Assembly (NCBI GenBank): GCA_016748015.1
Contig: JAAOMT010000459.1
Coordinates: 25,900-89,899 of the forward strand
DNA from: Geosiphon pyriformis uo1
Taxonomy: Eukaryota; Fungi; Glomeromycota
Direction: 5' to 3'
Length of the DNA: 64,000 nt
Part shown: piece after piece, positions 52,761-64,000 of the stretch
How the letters are laid out: each line of letters starts with the position of its first letter
Numbering within the stretch: the first letter of the stretch is position 1
Translations under genes and position numbers: made by a program
Notes under the pieces: model-generated
Told to the model about the DNA's origin: nothing
Database searches by the model: none
What the model saw: the letters and a program-made list of their open reading frames with translations, nothing else

Positions 52761-55700
52761 TGTTATTTATAAAATATAAAAAATATATTAGTATATAAAT
52801 TAGCCAATCAGAAGTAAATATAGTAAATGTGAAATTCCAGAATTCTTTTTAGAAGAATTGTAGGATTCTAAGAATTTCAGGATTCTTGTATGAGGAATTA
52901 CAAGATTCCAGAATTCCAGAATTTTTCTTAAAAGAATTGCAGGATTCCAAAAATTTCAGGATTCCTGACATAAAAAATTGAGGAATTAAGAAACCTCAAA
53001 TATGTATATATAGCAGTAATATTAGAAGTAGAAAAAACAGACCTCTCAATTTAGATTTAATCTAAGCAATCCTTCTATTCACAAATATCAATAAATAATT
53101 ATTCACTATCTCAATCCTTTCTTCACTATCAACACTTTATGTTGATAGTAATTGAAACTTAACCATATTAGAACAATAGCTCTTAATCACAATTATTGAT
53201 GAAATACTAACATTTATTGCCTTGGCTTATTTTTTTTATTTTTTTATTTTTTATTTTCTTTTGTTATTTTTTTGTTTGTTTTACTAATTGATTGAAAATT
53301 AAGCACTGAATTATTGATATCAAAGATAGTCTAATAAAAAACCTAAAAATAAGAGTAAAATTATATATATTAATGAATAGCTTATTAGAAAGGCACGACT
53401 GCCAAAATAAACTGGCCATTATGCTAAAGACAGAAATTTGAAAAATGACTTGAGAAATCAACCAATATTAATCAGATTGAATCTTTGTCTATTATACAAA
53501 GAACTCAACCAAAACCTTCAAATCCATAATATCCTCAGATATTATCAATCATTAATGTTATTAAGCACCAAGTTATGGATTTGTTATTTGATCTGAGACC
53601 TTAAATAATTACTTGTAATATTTGGTGCTTCCTGTAAGGTATAATCCTACAGAGAACCAGTACCAACAACAATCCAAAAGTGGCAAAACCAGAAAGAATA
53701 GGAACAAACCATCTAAGATTTGCCAAATTCTTATTTCAACACTACTGTCAATACTTGAAATTAACCAACAATTACCTATTAGCAGAATTAGCCTTTAATT
53801 TCTATGTCAATGAGAAAATTTTATATTTGCTAAGAGTATCAGTAAAAACTGACTTAGCAAGAAGAAATTTCTACAACAAATTAATCTAAAATACCAGCCT
53901 ACTAGCAAATTATAATTTCACAGCAATTTTTACTGAAATCAATAAAAAAATTGAAATTCACACTCAACAAAGATATCCAATTACCTACACAAATAAAGGC
54001 AAAGAAAAACTACAAACACCAGCAGTAATACTTCAAAAAATACAACCACTTACTTAGAAGAAAACAAAAATTGAATCTCTACTATATTCATCATATCATC
54101 ACACATCCAAAAATACCATTAATATCACATCATTAAGTGCATTCACATCAAACACAACATTAATATTTGAATGACTCCTATTTTAAAGTAAACAAAAGAA
54201 AGCAGAATTATTGAGAACTTATGGCAATTACTTTGAAGAATTCAAATCATAATCTCCAATACTATCAGAATTTTAATCACTGTTACTTTAACCAGATTTC
54301 AAAACCACAAGTCCCTGGAAGATAACCAAATTAGAAAAAAAAGAAGATGTCAATCAGAAATTTAATTATCAGAATTCAATTATAGAAAACCCAGAAGTTG
54401 AAATCCTGAATATTCAAACACAGAAAAATCAGAACAATCTAAACTCTAATAATATTAATCAACAAAATCAGAATGATCCAAATCCTGACATTAATAATCA
54501 ACAAAACTTACCTCTGGTAATTGTCATCAACCCATTACCAGTTGCCATACTACAATAGCTACTGCCACAACCTCAAATTCAGTTACTACTTTAACAACAA
54601 CAACAACAACAACCAAACTTGGATCCAATAGTCTATGTCCCAATAGCAAAACTCGAAAAGTTTACTGATAAAGAAGACGACACTCAAATATGGCTTAACA
54701 ACATTGAAAAAGCGAGAGCTCTCCAAGCCATTCCATATTTTTTTTAAGATACTGCCAACTCATGATATCAGAGTTTGGCCCAGAAACCCCAAACTTTCAA
54801 TGCATTCAAGCTAGAATTTCTAAGATATTTTAGCAATAACAACAGCATTAATCACTTGGCTAATACATTCACTACTATTAAACAAGAAAACACAGAAGCA
54901 GTCACTACTTACTTGGAACACTTCAATTAAAATCTGCACCAAATCCAAGCCATTAACACTGATTATTTTACAGTGGCCCAAATTCTGAATCAGTTCATTC
55001 ACAAATTACACAGTAGCATATTGTAATACATATGCTTATTACATTCAACCAACTTTTAAGCTGCAGTCACCAATGTCAGAGATTTTGAAGCTGTTGAATT
55101 AGAAGCCAACTATGCCCAAGCTGTCAATCTAATAATAAATGGATTATCTGAATTGAATTCTAAACTAAAATAATTTAGTGATTCAATTAATCAAAAACTA
55201 AAAGAATATTTAGCTGACAATTATGCAATTTATTAGCCATCACAATGACATAATAATTCAGGAAACATGAATTGTTTCCAAAATCAGTTGCATCTCTCAT
55301 TCTTGACCAATCAACAGTGACAACAAAAAACATGCAATTATTATTATTGTGAAAAACAAAAACACCTACAAATTGACTGCTGCTGTCACTTAAATAACTA
55401 ATGATTGAAAAATCAATATAGGAATTCCAATCACCAGTTTCAAACTCTGAGTTATTAACCAAACCCAGAATTATATTATCAGAATTACCTACCAATGATG
55501 CAGTGACCAATATATTAACTACCAATATATTAGACTTCAGCACCCATAATATATCAACCACAGTTATAAGTAATCTATTAATCTTAACAAATCCAAACAC
55601 CACCACAAAACTTATCTCAAAACAAAACCCAAAGACTGAGAATGACACAACAAAGCTGAAGATCAGCAATAGTAGTCCATCAACTGATTTCCAATTCTGC

Positions 55701-57470
55701 AACCCAACAATCAGGATTTTAACAGCAGAATTTGGGCACAGGATACACCCAAAACCCAAATTCTTAACACTATTTAAGTCTTCTAGTAACTCCAAAAGAT
55801 GCCTTATCTAATAACCAGAAAACCAACCACAACCAAACACCTACCAACAACATTCTACCAGCTACTATCATGGAAAACAAGTCACTCGCAGCTATATTTT
55901 CCTTTGAAATCAAAGAACTATTAGAAATCTCTTTGTTTAATGAAGCTGCACTCAAAGAAAAATCCATCACTGTGATATACATGGATGCCAAAATTGATAA
56001 CCATTCTATCAAACTGATCTTAGATAGTGGATTAGCTGGCAGTATTATCACAAGACAACTCATAGACCAATTAGGTTGCTAAGTTGATTGAACTGCCAGT
56101 GCAAGGATAATTACAGCTAATAAAGCCACCAAGACTCCAATTAGTAAAATAGATGACTTCTTCATTGAAGTTAATGACATCATTATATCCATTAAGGTAT
56201 TAGTTATAGAAGCCACCCAAAACCAAGCACTCTTTGATAATGATTGGCTGTTTAAAACAAATATGATGTTTGACTGAACTACTCAGAAGTTGCAACTCAG
56301 TCAGAACAGACAATACACATAAGTACCAGCAATGTGTAGTCATTTTAAATCTAGTACTACATGCCAGTATCATTTATTAAGTTTAATAATGGAAAAAAAA
56401 ACCTACCTGGGAAGCTTACCAAGTTTTCTGGACCAACAAAGACTACAATGAGCTATTACCAATTTTGACTTGAGACAATAGCAAAAAGCAAAAGCAAAAG
56501 AAAAAATTTACTTAGAACACTAACCAAGTATTATGAAATAACAGTGACCATAATAAACTGCTACTAAATTGGATGTGAAAAAAAAATAATAATAAGGAAA
56601 AGAAGAAAGAGAAAGAAGAGAAGCCAATACCAATCACCACTTATAGTTCATACACTTACACTCCACCAAAACTGTCTAACTATTACCAACCAAAACTAGT
56701 ATGCATTGATTGCAGCAAGAAATTGTCATCAATAGGTGCATACTATGGTAACAATAAGAAATATGCAATGACAACAAAATTTTATTGCTGCTTATGCATC
56801 CTAAAACAATTTGAATGACCAAAAAAACAGGGAAAATAGGATAACAAACTTTGTTTTGTTTGCAAAACTATCTTGTCTGACAAAAAAATGTGGAATAATA
56901 TTCCCAACAGAAAAAAGACATGTGATGAAACATGTCAATACACAATTCTAATTAATGACTGGATACGTAAAGGCACTCCAATAGACAATGCATGAAAAAG
57001 AGCATTGTGATATTTGGAAAGATATCTCCATGACAAACATAAGATCTGGAAAATAGTAAGCACAAAGACAAAAGATGCTATAACCAGCAAGTTGTTAGAA
57101 ATTAAAAACAATTTGTTAATCCTTTCAGAACCTGAATATGTCCCAACATTCAATGTTTTTGGCAAAATTGAAGATGATCCTAAAGAATTTCATGAGTACT
57201 ACTAATGCCTGGCACCAACAAAAAAAGAGCAAAAGCAATATTTAGAGCAGTTAAACACTCAACTGTGTCAACACTGCTTAATTCTATGTGACTTTCAATA
57301 TTATAATGATGTGACCTCATTTACAATCCACCATCATGCATAATCTACATGATCTCAAAAGAAAAAAAACCAATCAAGAGCTGTGCATCCGAATTGGAAT
57401 CAATTTTTAACCCTAATTCAAACTCCAACAATAATAACAATGAAAACATTGGTTCCAGCTCCATTCAATA
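52761..57470 (+). mobile_element. Ty3/Gypsy element 3 (family A): 5' LTR 52761-53620, PBS, gag, protease, Cys-rich domain; truncated before dUTPase
   Basis: LTR is in opposite orientation to the others. VYVPIAKLEKF, KLILDSGLAG, CIDCSKKL, LCQHCLI. Homology ends at GSSSIQY. Confidence 0.92.
53623..53639 (+). other. Primer-binding site TGGTGCTTCCTGTAAGG
   Basis: TGG begins 2 nt after the LTR end and is complementary to a tRNA ending ...GCACCA. Elongator Met or Ile(UAU) are the candidates by analogy; not verified. Confidence 0.75.
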
Positions 57471-57471
57471 T

Positions 57472-57990
57472 GCTTTTTTTCATGATTATTCTCATGATAA
57501 TATCCTTATAATGGCTATTTTAAATCGGGCTAGGCCTAAAACTACCTCCCTACTTATTCCACTTTTAATTGCCAAAATAATTAAAAAGTATTAGTATTCT
57601 AAGCCTAAAGATCATCCTATTGCAGAAAAAATTAAAAAAAAGTTGTTAGAACTTCTGGAGATGTATTGGGAATCTAGAATAGAAGAGTCTATAGATAAAG
57701 AGTCTATAAATGAAGGGTCTAAAACTGAAAGGCCTGAAATAATACAAATTAAAGAATCAGAGAAATATGTAGAAAAAATGGTAAAGAATAAGGTGACAAC
57801 AACAACAGCAATTAATCTAGGAACAGTTTATATAAGTCATCCTTTAACTTTGCAAATGATTGATTTTTCTAAAGATTGGTTTATATTGATTAAAATTCAT
57901 TGATTTAATCATATTTAATATATTAAAATTTTACCTTAATTTATTTTACTTAATAAAAGAATTAGTCTATTTGTTTGAAGGTAAGAAATT
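57472..57990 (+). pseudogene. 3' fragment of a TKL kinase, paralog of the 63-64 kb kinase
   Basis: FHDYSHDNILIMAIL..RPK, GSKTERPEIIQIKESEKYV, VYISHPLTLQMID, plus the downstream CTATTTG..TGAAG|GTAAGA segment shared with ~62930-62960. Confidence 0.85.
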
Positions 57991-60900
57991 ATATCTATTA
58001 TTAATTATTAATCATTAATAAAACTTTTGCTCTCATTTAATACTTATTTCTTTTACTATTTATTATATTTAGATGATTATTAATAGATTAATTTTATGAG
58101 TTAGTTTATTTTTTTTATAAATTATATAAATTATAAAATTTATAAATTTATTTTAATATATTAAGGTATACATATCTTTATTAATTTATTATAAATAATA
58201 TTTTCTCTTACCTAAAAAATATTATTTCAAAGTTTAATATTTTATTGTTTACTTATTGACTTAATCAACATCTTAAATTTCGATCTATACTAAATCTTCT
58301 TCTAAAGATTTTATTTATATTTTTTAATTATTCCCATAGAATTTATTTATAATAATTCAGACTACCTTAATAATTGTTTTTAGTAGGTGAGTAATAGATT
58401 TAATTTTTAATTATTTGTTAACTTTTTTATTCATGCTTGAAAAGTATTTTATATTTTAAATTCAAACCTATGTTTTTCAAACCAAGAATTTAGCTAACTG
58501 GAAATGTGCTATTATTAATCAAAAATTATTAATTTCAGATACTTTGTTAATTTTCTTCTGGTCTATTACATTTGGAGTTTTAAAGATTTAAAGTTTTTGC
58601 AGTTTGTTAAACTTAAAATTTTTGATAAATAAATATTATTTTACATTCAAGTTAAAATTTTTCAAATTGATTCTTTTAAGATTTAGATAAATCTGGTTGC
58701 AATTATTTTATGATTTCTTAACACATATTATAAAATAAAATATTGATCAACTTTCATTTTAATAAATTTTAATTTTTTTAAACTGTAATTAGCTTTAGTT
58801 TTCTTGTTTAATTATTATTATTATTATTATTTGGTTTAAATTATAATCTATTTATTCCTTAAAAATATTTTGATAAACTTTTAATAATTATAAAATTATT
58901 TATATAAGTAATATATCTTAAAGCTTTAATAAATCTTTTAAAAATACTTTTGTTTAATTTATAATAATTTTAGCATTAATAAATTAACAAAATTACAAAA
59001 AAAATAAAAAAAGTTTTTATTTATGTTAACAAAAATTAAAAAAAAGCAAATAAATTATTTTATTCTTAAATAAAAATAAATTTAATATTAAAATAAATAA
59101 ATAAATAAGTTATATCAATACAATTTAAAAAAATTATATACAAATATATATTAATTTTGAATAAAAAAAACTTTTTATTTTTATAATTACATTTAAAACA
59201 AAAATAATATAGTTTTAACTTTTATTATAATATTGTTTTTATTAGTTTTAATATTTAAAAGGTTTTTTTAAAGTAAAAACAATTAAATAGTATTTTTTAA
59301 AATGTTTTTTTAAATAATATAAAAACAAACCAGCTTTTAATTATTGTTAAAATACTATTTTTAGTATTAAATAAGTTTTTTTTTATACTTAAAATCTTTT
59401 TAAATAACTAATTAAAACCAGTTTTAATATAGGTATTATTATTATAAAGAAATTAAAAATTTTTAATAAACTAATAATAAAGTTATTTTCTTATTTTACA
59501 ATTTTTTTTTACTTGTATTCAAACCAAAAAAACCAGAAAAACAAAAAAACAATTTTTTTTTTTAACTTAAAGCCATCAACTGCTTTAGTATTTTTTAAAA
59601 CATTTATATTTTAAAATTTGCATTTTTTTGTAAAAATTAAGATTTTAATTTTTTTTTAATTTTTTAATATTTATATTAAGTTTATTATAGCTGTATTAAT
59701 TTTAGTGTTTATTAAACTTATTTGTTTTAATAATAATATTATTATTTATTTGAATTTTTATTTAAATCTATGCTATTTAATTTAGTTAACTTTATAGTAT
59801 TTTCAATTAAGTTTGTTTTTAAAAAATGCTGTTGTTTTTATAAAATGTTTATTTATTGCAGATTTTATCTAATACAATTATAAATTTTACAGATTTTACT
59901 TAATATATTACAAATTTTACATGATTTTTACAGATTTTATATTATATAATTAATTATTACAAATTTTATTATTGGTAATTTTAGATTTTATTTTATTATA
60001 TTATTATTTAAACTTAATTATAAAAATAAATTATTATTATTATTATTTAATTACTAGTTTTAACTTTTATAATAAATCATAATATTTTAAAAATTTTATA
60101 TAATAATAAAATATTATGTAAAAAAATACTTTTTTTCTTATTTTTATAATTATAATCAAAAAAAACAATTTTTACTAAAAAAACAACTATTTAATAATAA
60201 AAACAACTAAACAAAATATTGCAAAAGCATTTTTGACTAAAAATTTTTTTTAATTAAAGTTTTATCAAAATAGCATATTAAAAACAATTTTAATATTAAA
60301 CTAATAGTAAAACTATTATTTTATTATTAATTTTTATTTAAACCAAAATTTTTTTTTTAAAATATAAAACTTTGGTTTTTATTTAATATTTAATTTATTT
60401 ATTATAATAGTTCATTTAAATTTAATTGTAAATAATAATGCTATTTTTAATTTAAATAATAAGAATAACAATATATTTTTTGAAATATATTAAAATTAAT
60501 AATTAAATCAATTAATTATTATTAAGTATTATTAATTAAAAAACAAAACAATTTATATATTAATATGTTTTTATGTTAAATTAAATTATAGTATTATTTA
60601 ACTTAAAATAGTAAGTTAATAATATAAAATTCAAAACAGTTTTTTTTTAAAAATAAAAAAAAATTATTAATTATTAAAAAAATTTTTATATAAATAATTT
60701 TTATTTTTCTATTTTTAATTATTATATAATTTTATTAATATTAAATTATTACTAAAAAAATATTAGGTTTTTTGTATTTTAAGTTTTTTTAAAATTAAAC
60801 TTACTAAATTATATATAAGATTGTAGAATTTGTTTTAACTTTTGCTTTTATTACTGTTGTTTTTTATAATATTTTTATATATTAATTTTATTACTTAATT

Positions 60901-62929
60901 TATTGTATTTTATTTCTATAATACTTAATATAAATTTTAAATCTAAATTAATTTTTTAAAAGTAATTGAATTATATTTTAATAAAATATTATAATATATT
61001 TATATTATTAATTTGTGTGTATTTTAACAAAAAGGTAAAAAATAACATTATAATATTGATAACCAAAAATATTATAAAGCACAACTAATATTTATTTATA
61101 TATTAATAAACAATTATAAACAAAAACAAAAACAATTATTTAAAATAAATATTTTGTTTAATAATAAATAATTAAAATTATTTTATTATAAAATTTAAAC
61201 TGGTTTTAATTTAAATTTTATTAAACATTTTAAAAGATAGTAACAAAATACAATGTTGTAAAATAATAAAAAATCAAAAAAAATTTAATAAAATATTAAT
61301 CTATTTAAAATTGACAGAATTAATTGTCTCAATTTTATATAATATAAATTATGTTTTGATAAATTTTTGTATAAAATTGGTTAAAAATTTTGTTTATAAT
61401 AAATAGTATGCATATTTGTTTATTAAATTAAAAAATACTGAAATGGTTGAAAAAAATTGTTTTGTTAATAAAATATTTTAATTTCTTATATTATAAAAGA
61501 ATTTGAATTTTAATAATAAAACAATATGTTAATTTAAAAAAAATTAAGTAAAATAATGTTAATATAATAATTAAAAGTAAAATTAATGCAGAAATTATGT
61601 TAAATATACTGAAAAGATATAATATATGGTCGAAATATCTGCAACTAATAAGTATTTAGAAGCTATTAATAATAATAATAATACTTGATAATAATAATTT
61701 TTTAAATTAAAATTTTTTAAAAATAGTATTAAATAATAATATAATATAATCTTAGTTGATTTAAATAGCTGGTTATATACAGTTTATATTTAATTTATAA
61801 TAATTATATTTTATAAAAATAATTGGTAATTTGCATCACAAAAAAATATTCTTAAAAATAATAGTAAAAATAAATTTACTTCAATTTTTACATAAAATAT
61901 ATGTTATTACTAATTAAAAATTAGATTTTAAAATATTCAAAAATTATTTTAATTATTTTAATTTATAGTTTACTAATTATTATTTATTTTAAATTATCTA
62001 TTGCTATTAATTAATTATTATTAGCTAATAGTATTAAATAAAAATAGTATTGATTTACAATATTTCAAAAAATATAACAATAAAAATTTAAAATATTTCG
62101 ATAGAATTTAATAAATTTCAAGCAGTTTAGGTAAGTTTTAAATAGCTTAAGTTAAAATTTAAACAGTTGACTGAAATTTTATAAAACCAATAGTACTATT
62201 TAAAATTTGAATAAAAAGAACTTTTTTTTAAAAAAATCAGATTTTTAAAGAAATAACTAATTAATTAATTTTAATAATTTTTAAAAACTCAAAACGAATT
62301 TTTTTTGGAGAGATCTGTGTATATATTTTGTTTAAAAATAATTATGCAATTTTATTAAAGTTAATATATATTTGTGTTATATTAAATATATTAACTTGAA
62401 GAATAGCTAAATATTTTGTAAATCTCAATAAAACTATTGTTTACTAATATGATAAGTATATTTTTTGTAAATTGTTAAAACTATTAAATTTATAAATATT
62501 AATGCTTTAGTTTATTTGCATTTATTGTGGTTAAATATATAGGCTATGTATATAAATAGTAAAAAGGCTACTAAAAAATGCAAAAAAATAATGAATACTT
62601 CCAAAAATTTTAACAAAAATCTTTACCACACAATTTGAATTTTTAGGCCTGAAGATAAATTATTGTTAAAAATCACTATTGTTTGAATTTTTTTTTAGCT
62701 GTAAAAGAATATTGTTTAAAATAAATTGATAAAGAAATAAAATTATATTGAAATAATCCAATAACATTATAACTAATATAATTTAAAATTTATTATATAT
62801 CATATAGAATATAACTCTTATGAAAAATCCGATTACAATTAAACCTATTAAGAGTTATCTAATTATAGATATTAAATAAGCATTAATTAATTGAATATCG
62901 AAATGATTATATTCACAATTTTGTTTAAC

Positions 62930-64000
62930 TTCTTACCTTCAGGCAAATAGATTAATTCTTTTAAAAATTAAATAAAGTAAAATTTTAATATATAATAATT
63001 AAATCAAAGGATTAGTAATTTAAAAAGTTTATCTTTTATAAATTAAATTAAATGAACTAACCTTTGGAAGAATCAATCATTTGCAAAGTTAAAGGGCGAC
63101 TTGTATAAACTACTCTCGGATGAATGTGAGTTGTTGTTTTTGAGTCGTTCTTTAACATTTATTTTACATATTTCTCTGATTCTTTAAACTGTATTATTTC
63201 AGGCCTCTCAGTCTTAGACCCTTCACCTCTAGACTCTTCCATCAACTTCTCTTCAACTTCATTGGCAGTAGGACGATCCTTGGGATTAGCACCCCAACAC
63301 TTTTTAATTATTTCGGCAATTGAAGGTGGAATAAGTGAGAAGATAATCTTAGGCCTAGCCCCACTTAAAATAGCCATTGTAAGGATATTGTCATGAGAAT
63401 AATCATGAAAAGAAGGCTTCCCTGTTGCCAATTCCCATAATATCATGGCAAAACTATAAATATCACCCGCCAAAGTAAAATCTTCTCCTTTTAAGACTTT
63501 TGGTGGAATATATGGAACCATGCCATATATCTTTTTCTTCTCCGTTGCTATTGTTGTTGTTGTTGTTATTGTTATTGTTATAGTTGTAGTTGTTGTTATA
63601 TTTGTAGTTGTTATTGCTGCTGCTGTTTTTGTTCTTGAGCTTGTTGTCGTTTCTGAATTTGAGTTTGATGTTGATATTGATGTTGTTGTTTCATTGTTTA
63701 CTGATTAACATAATCCGAGGTCTCCAATTCTAGCATTAAAAGGGTCAACTTTTAGGATATTGCCCGGGTGTAGGTTACAATGAACCATACCAGCAGAATG
63801 AAGGGTTTCAAATTCTTCAGCTATAAAACGCGCGATCAATAATTTATCTTCCCAACTCACAGAATGAAAATTTGTTGATAAAGATTTTCACATGTCTCCG
63901 TGTTTGGCAAACTCCATCACAATTCCATACTCAAGTGTTTCAGCATTTTGCGTAATTCCCCATATTGAATCCTTAATAAACATAGCTCTTTGAATATTTA
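62930..64000 (-). pseudogene. TKL (tyrosine-kinase-like) kinase pseudogene, 5' end outside window
   Basis: GITQNAETLEYGIVMEFA, MVHCNLHPGNIL (HRD lost), IGDLGLC*, YGMVPYIPP, DIYSFAMILWE, KKCW..PKDRP, HPRVVYTSRPL. Three in-frame stops. Confidence 0.88.
63540..63700 (-). repeat. Degenerate (ACA/ATA/GCA)n trinucleotide tract encoding a Thr-rich activation-segment insert
   Basis: Plus-strand GTT/ATT/GCT repeats lie between DLGLC and KIYG. Confidence 0.85.

Overview
AT-rich, intron-containing fungal DNA. The TKL/Sel1 kinases and retroelement proteins look Glomeromycotina; from memory they resemble Geosiphon-type elements, which I have not verified. Only one gene looks intact: a PDK1/Pkh/Ksg1-type kinase (minus strand, 9 exons visible, running off the left edge). 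The rest is four decayed TKL kinase genes or fragments, extremely AT-rich tracts, and a ~48-kb nest of retroelements (9.9-57.5 kb). The nest holds four copies of an RNase H-containing LINE family, three Ty3/Gypsy elements (Cys-rich domain in all three; dUTPase and an extra 3' ORF in the two that extend that far), and solo or partial LTRs from two LTR families. Main signals: (1) all eight LTR insertion flanks have CG or its deamination products CA/TG at the centre of the 4-bp target, and homologous copies show an ancestral CpG at five of them; (2) repeats decay by transition-only C>T/G>A mutation in all dinucleotide contexts; (3) the LINE ORF1/ORF2 junction is a conserved AUGA stop-start overlap; (4) two large deletions joined unrelated elements.
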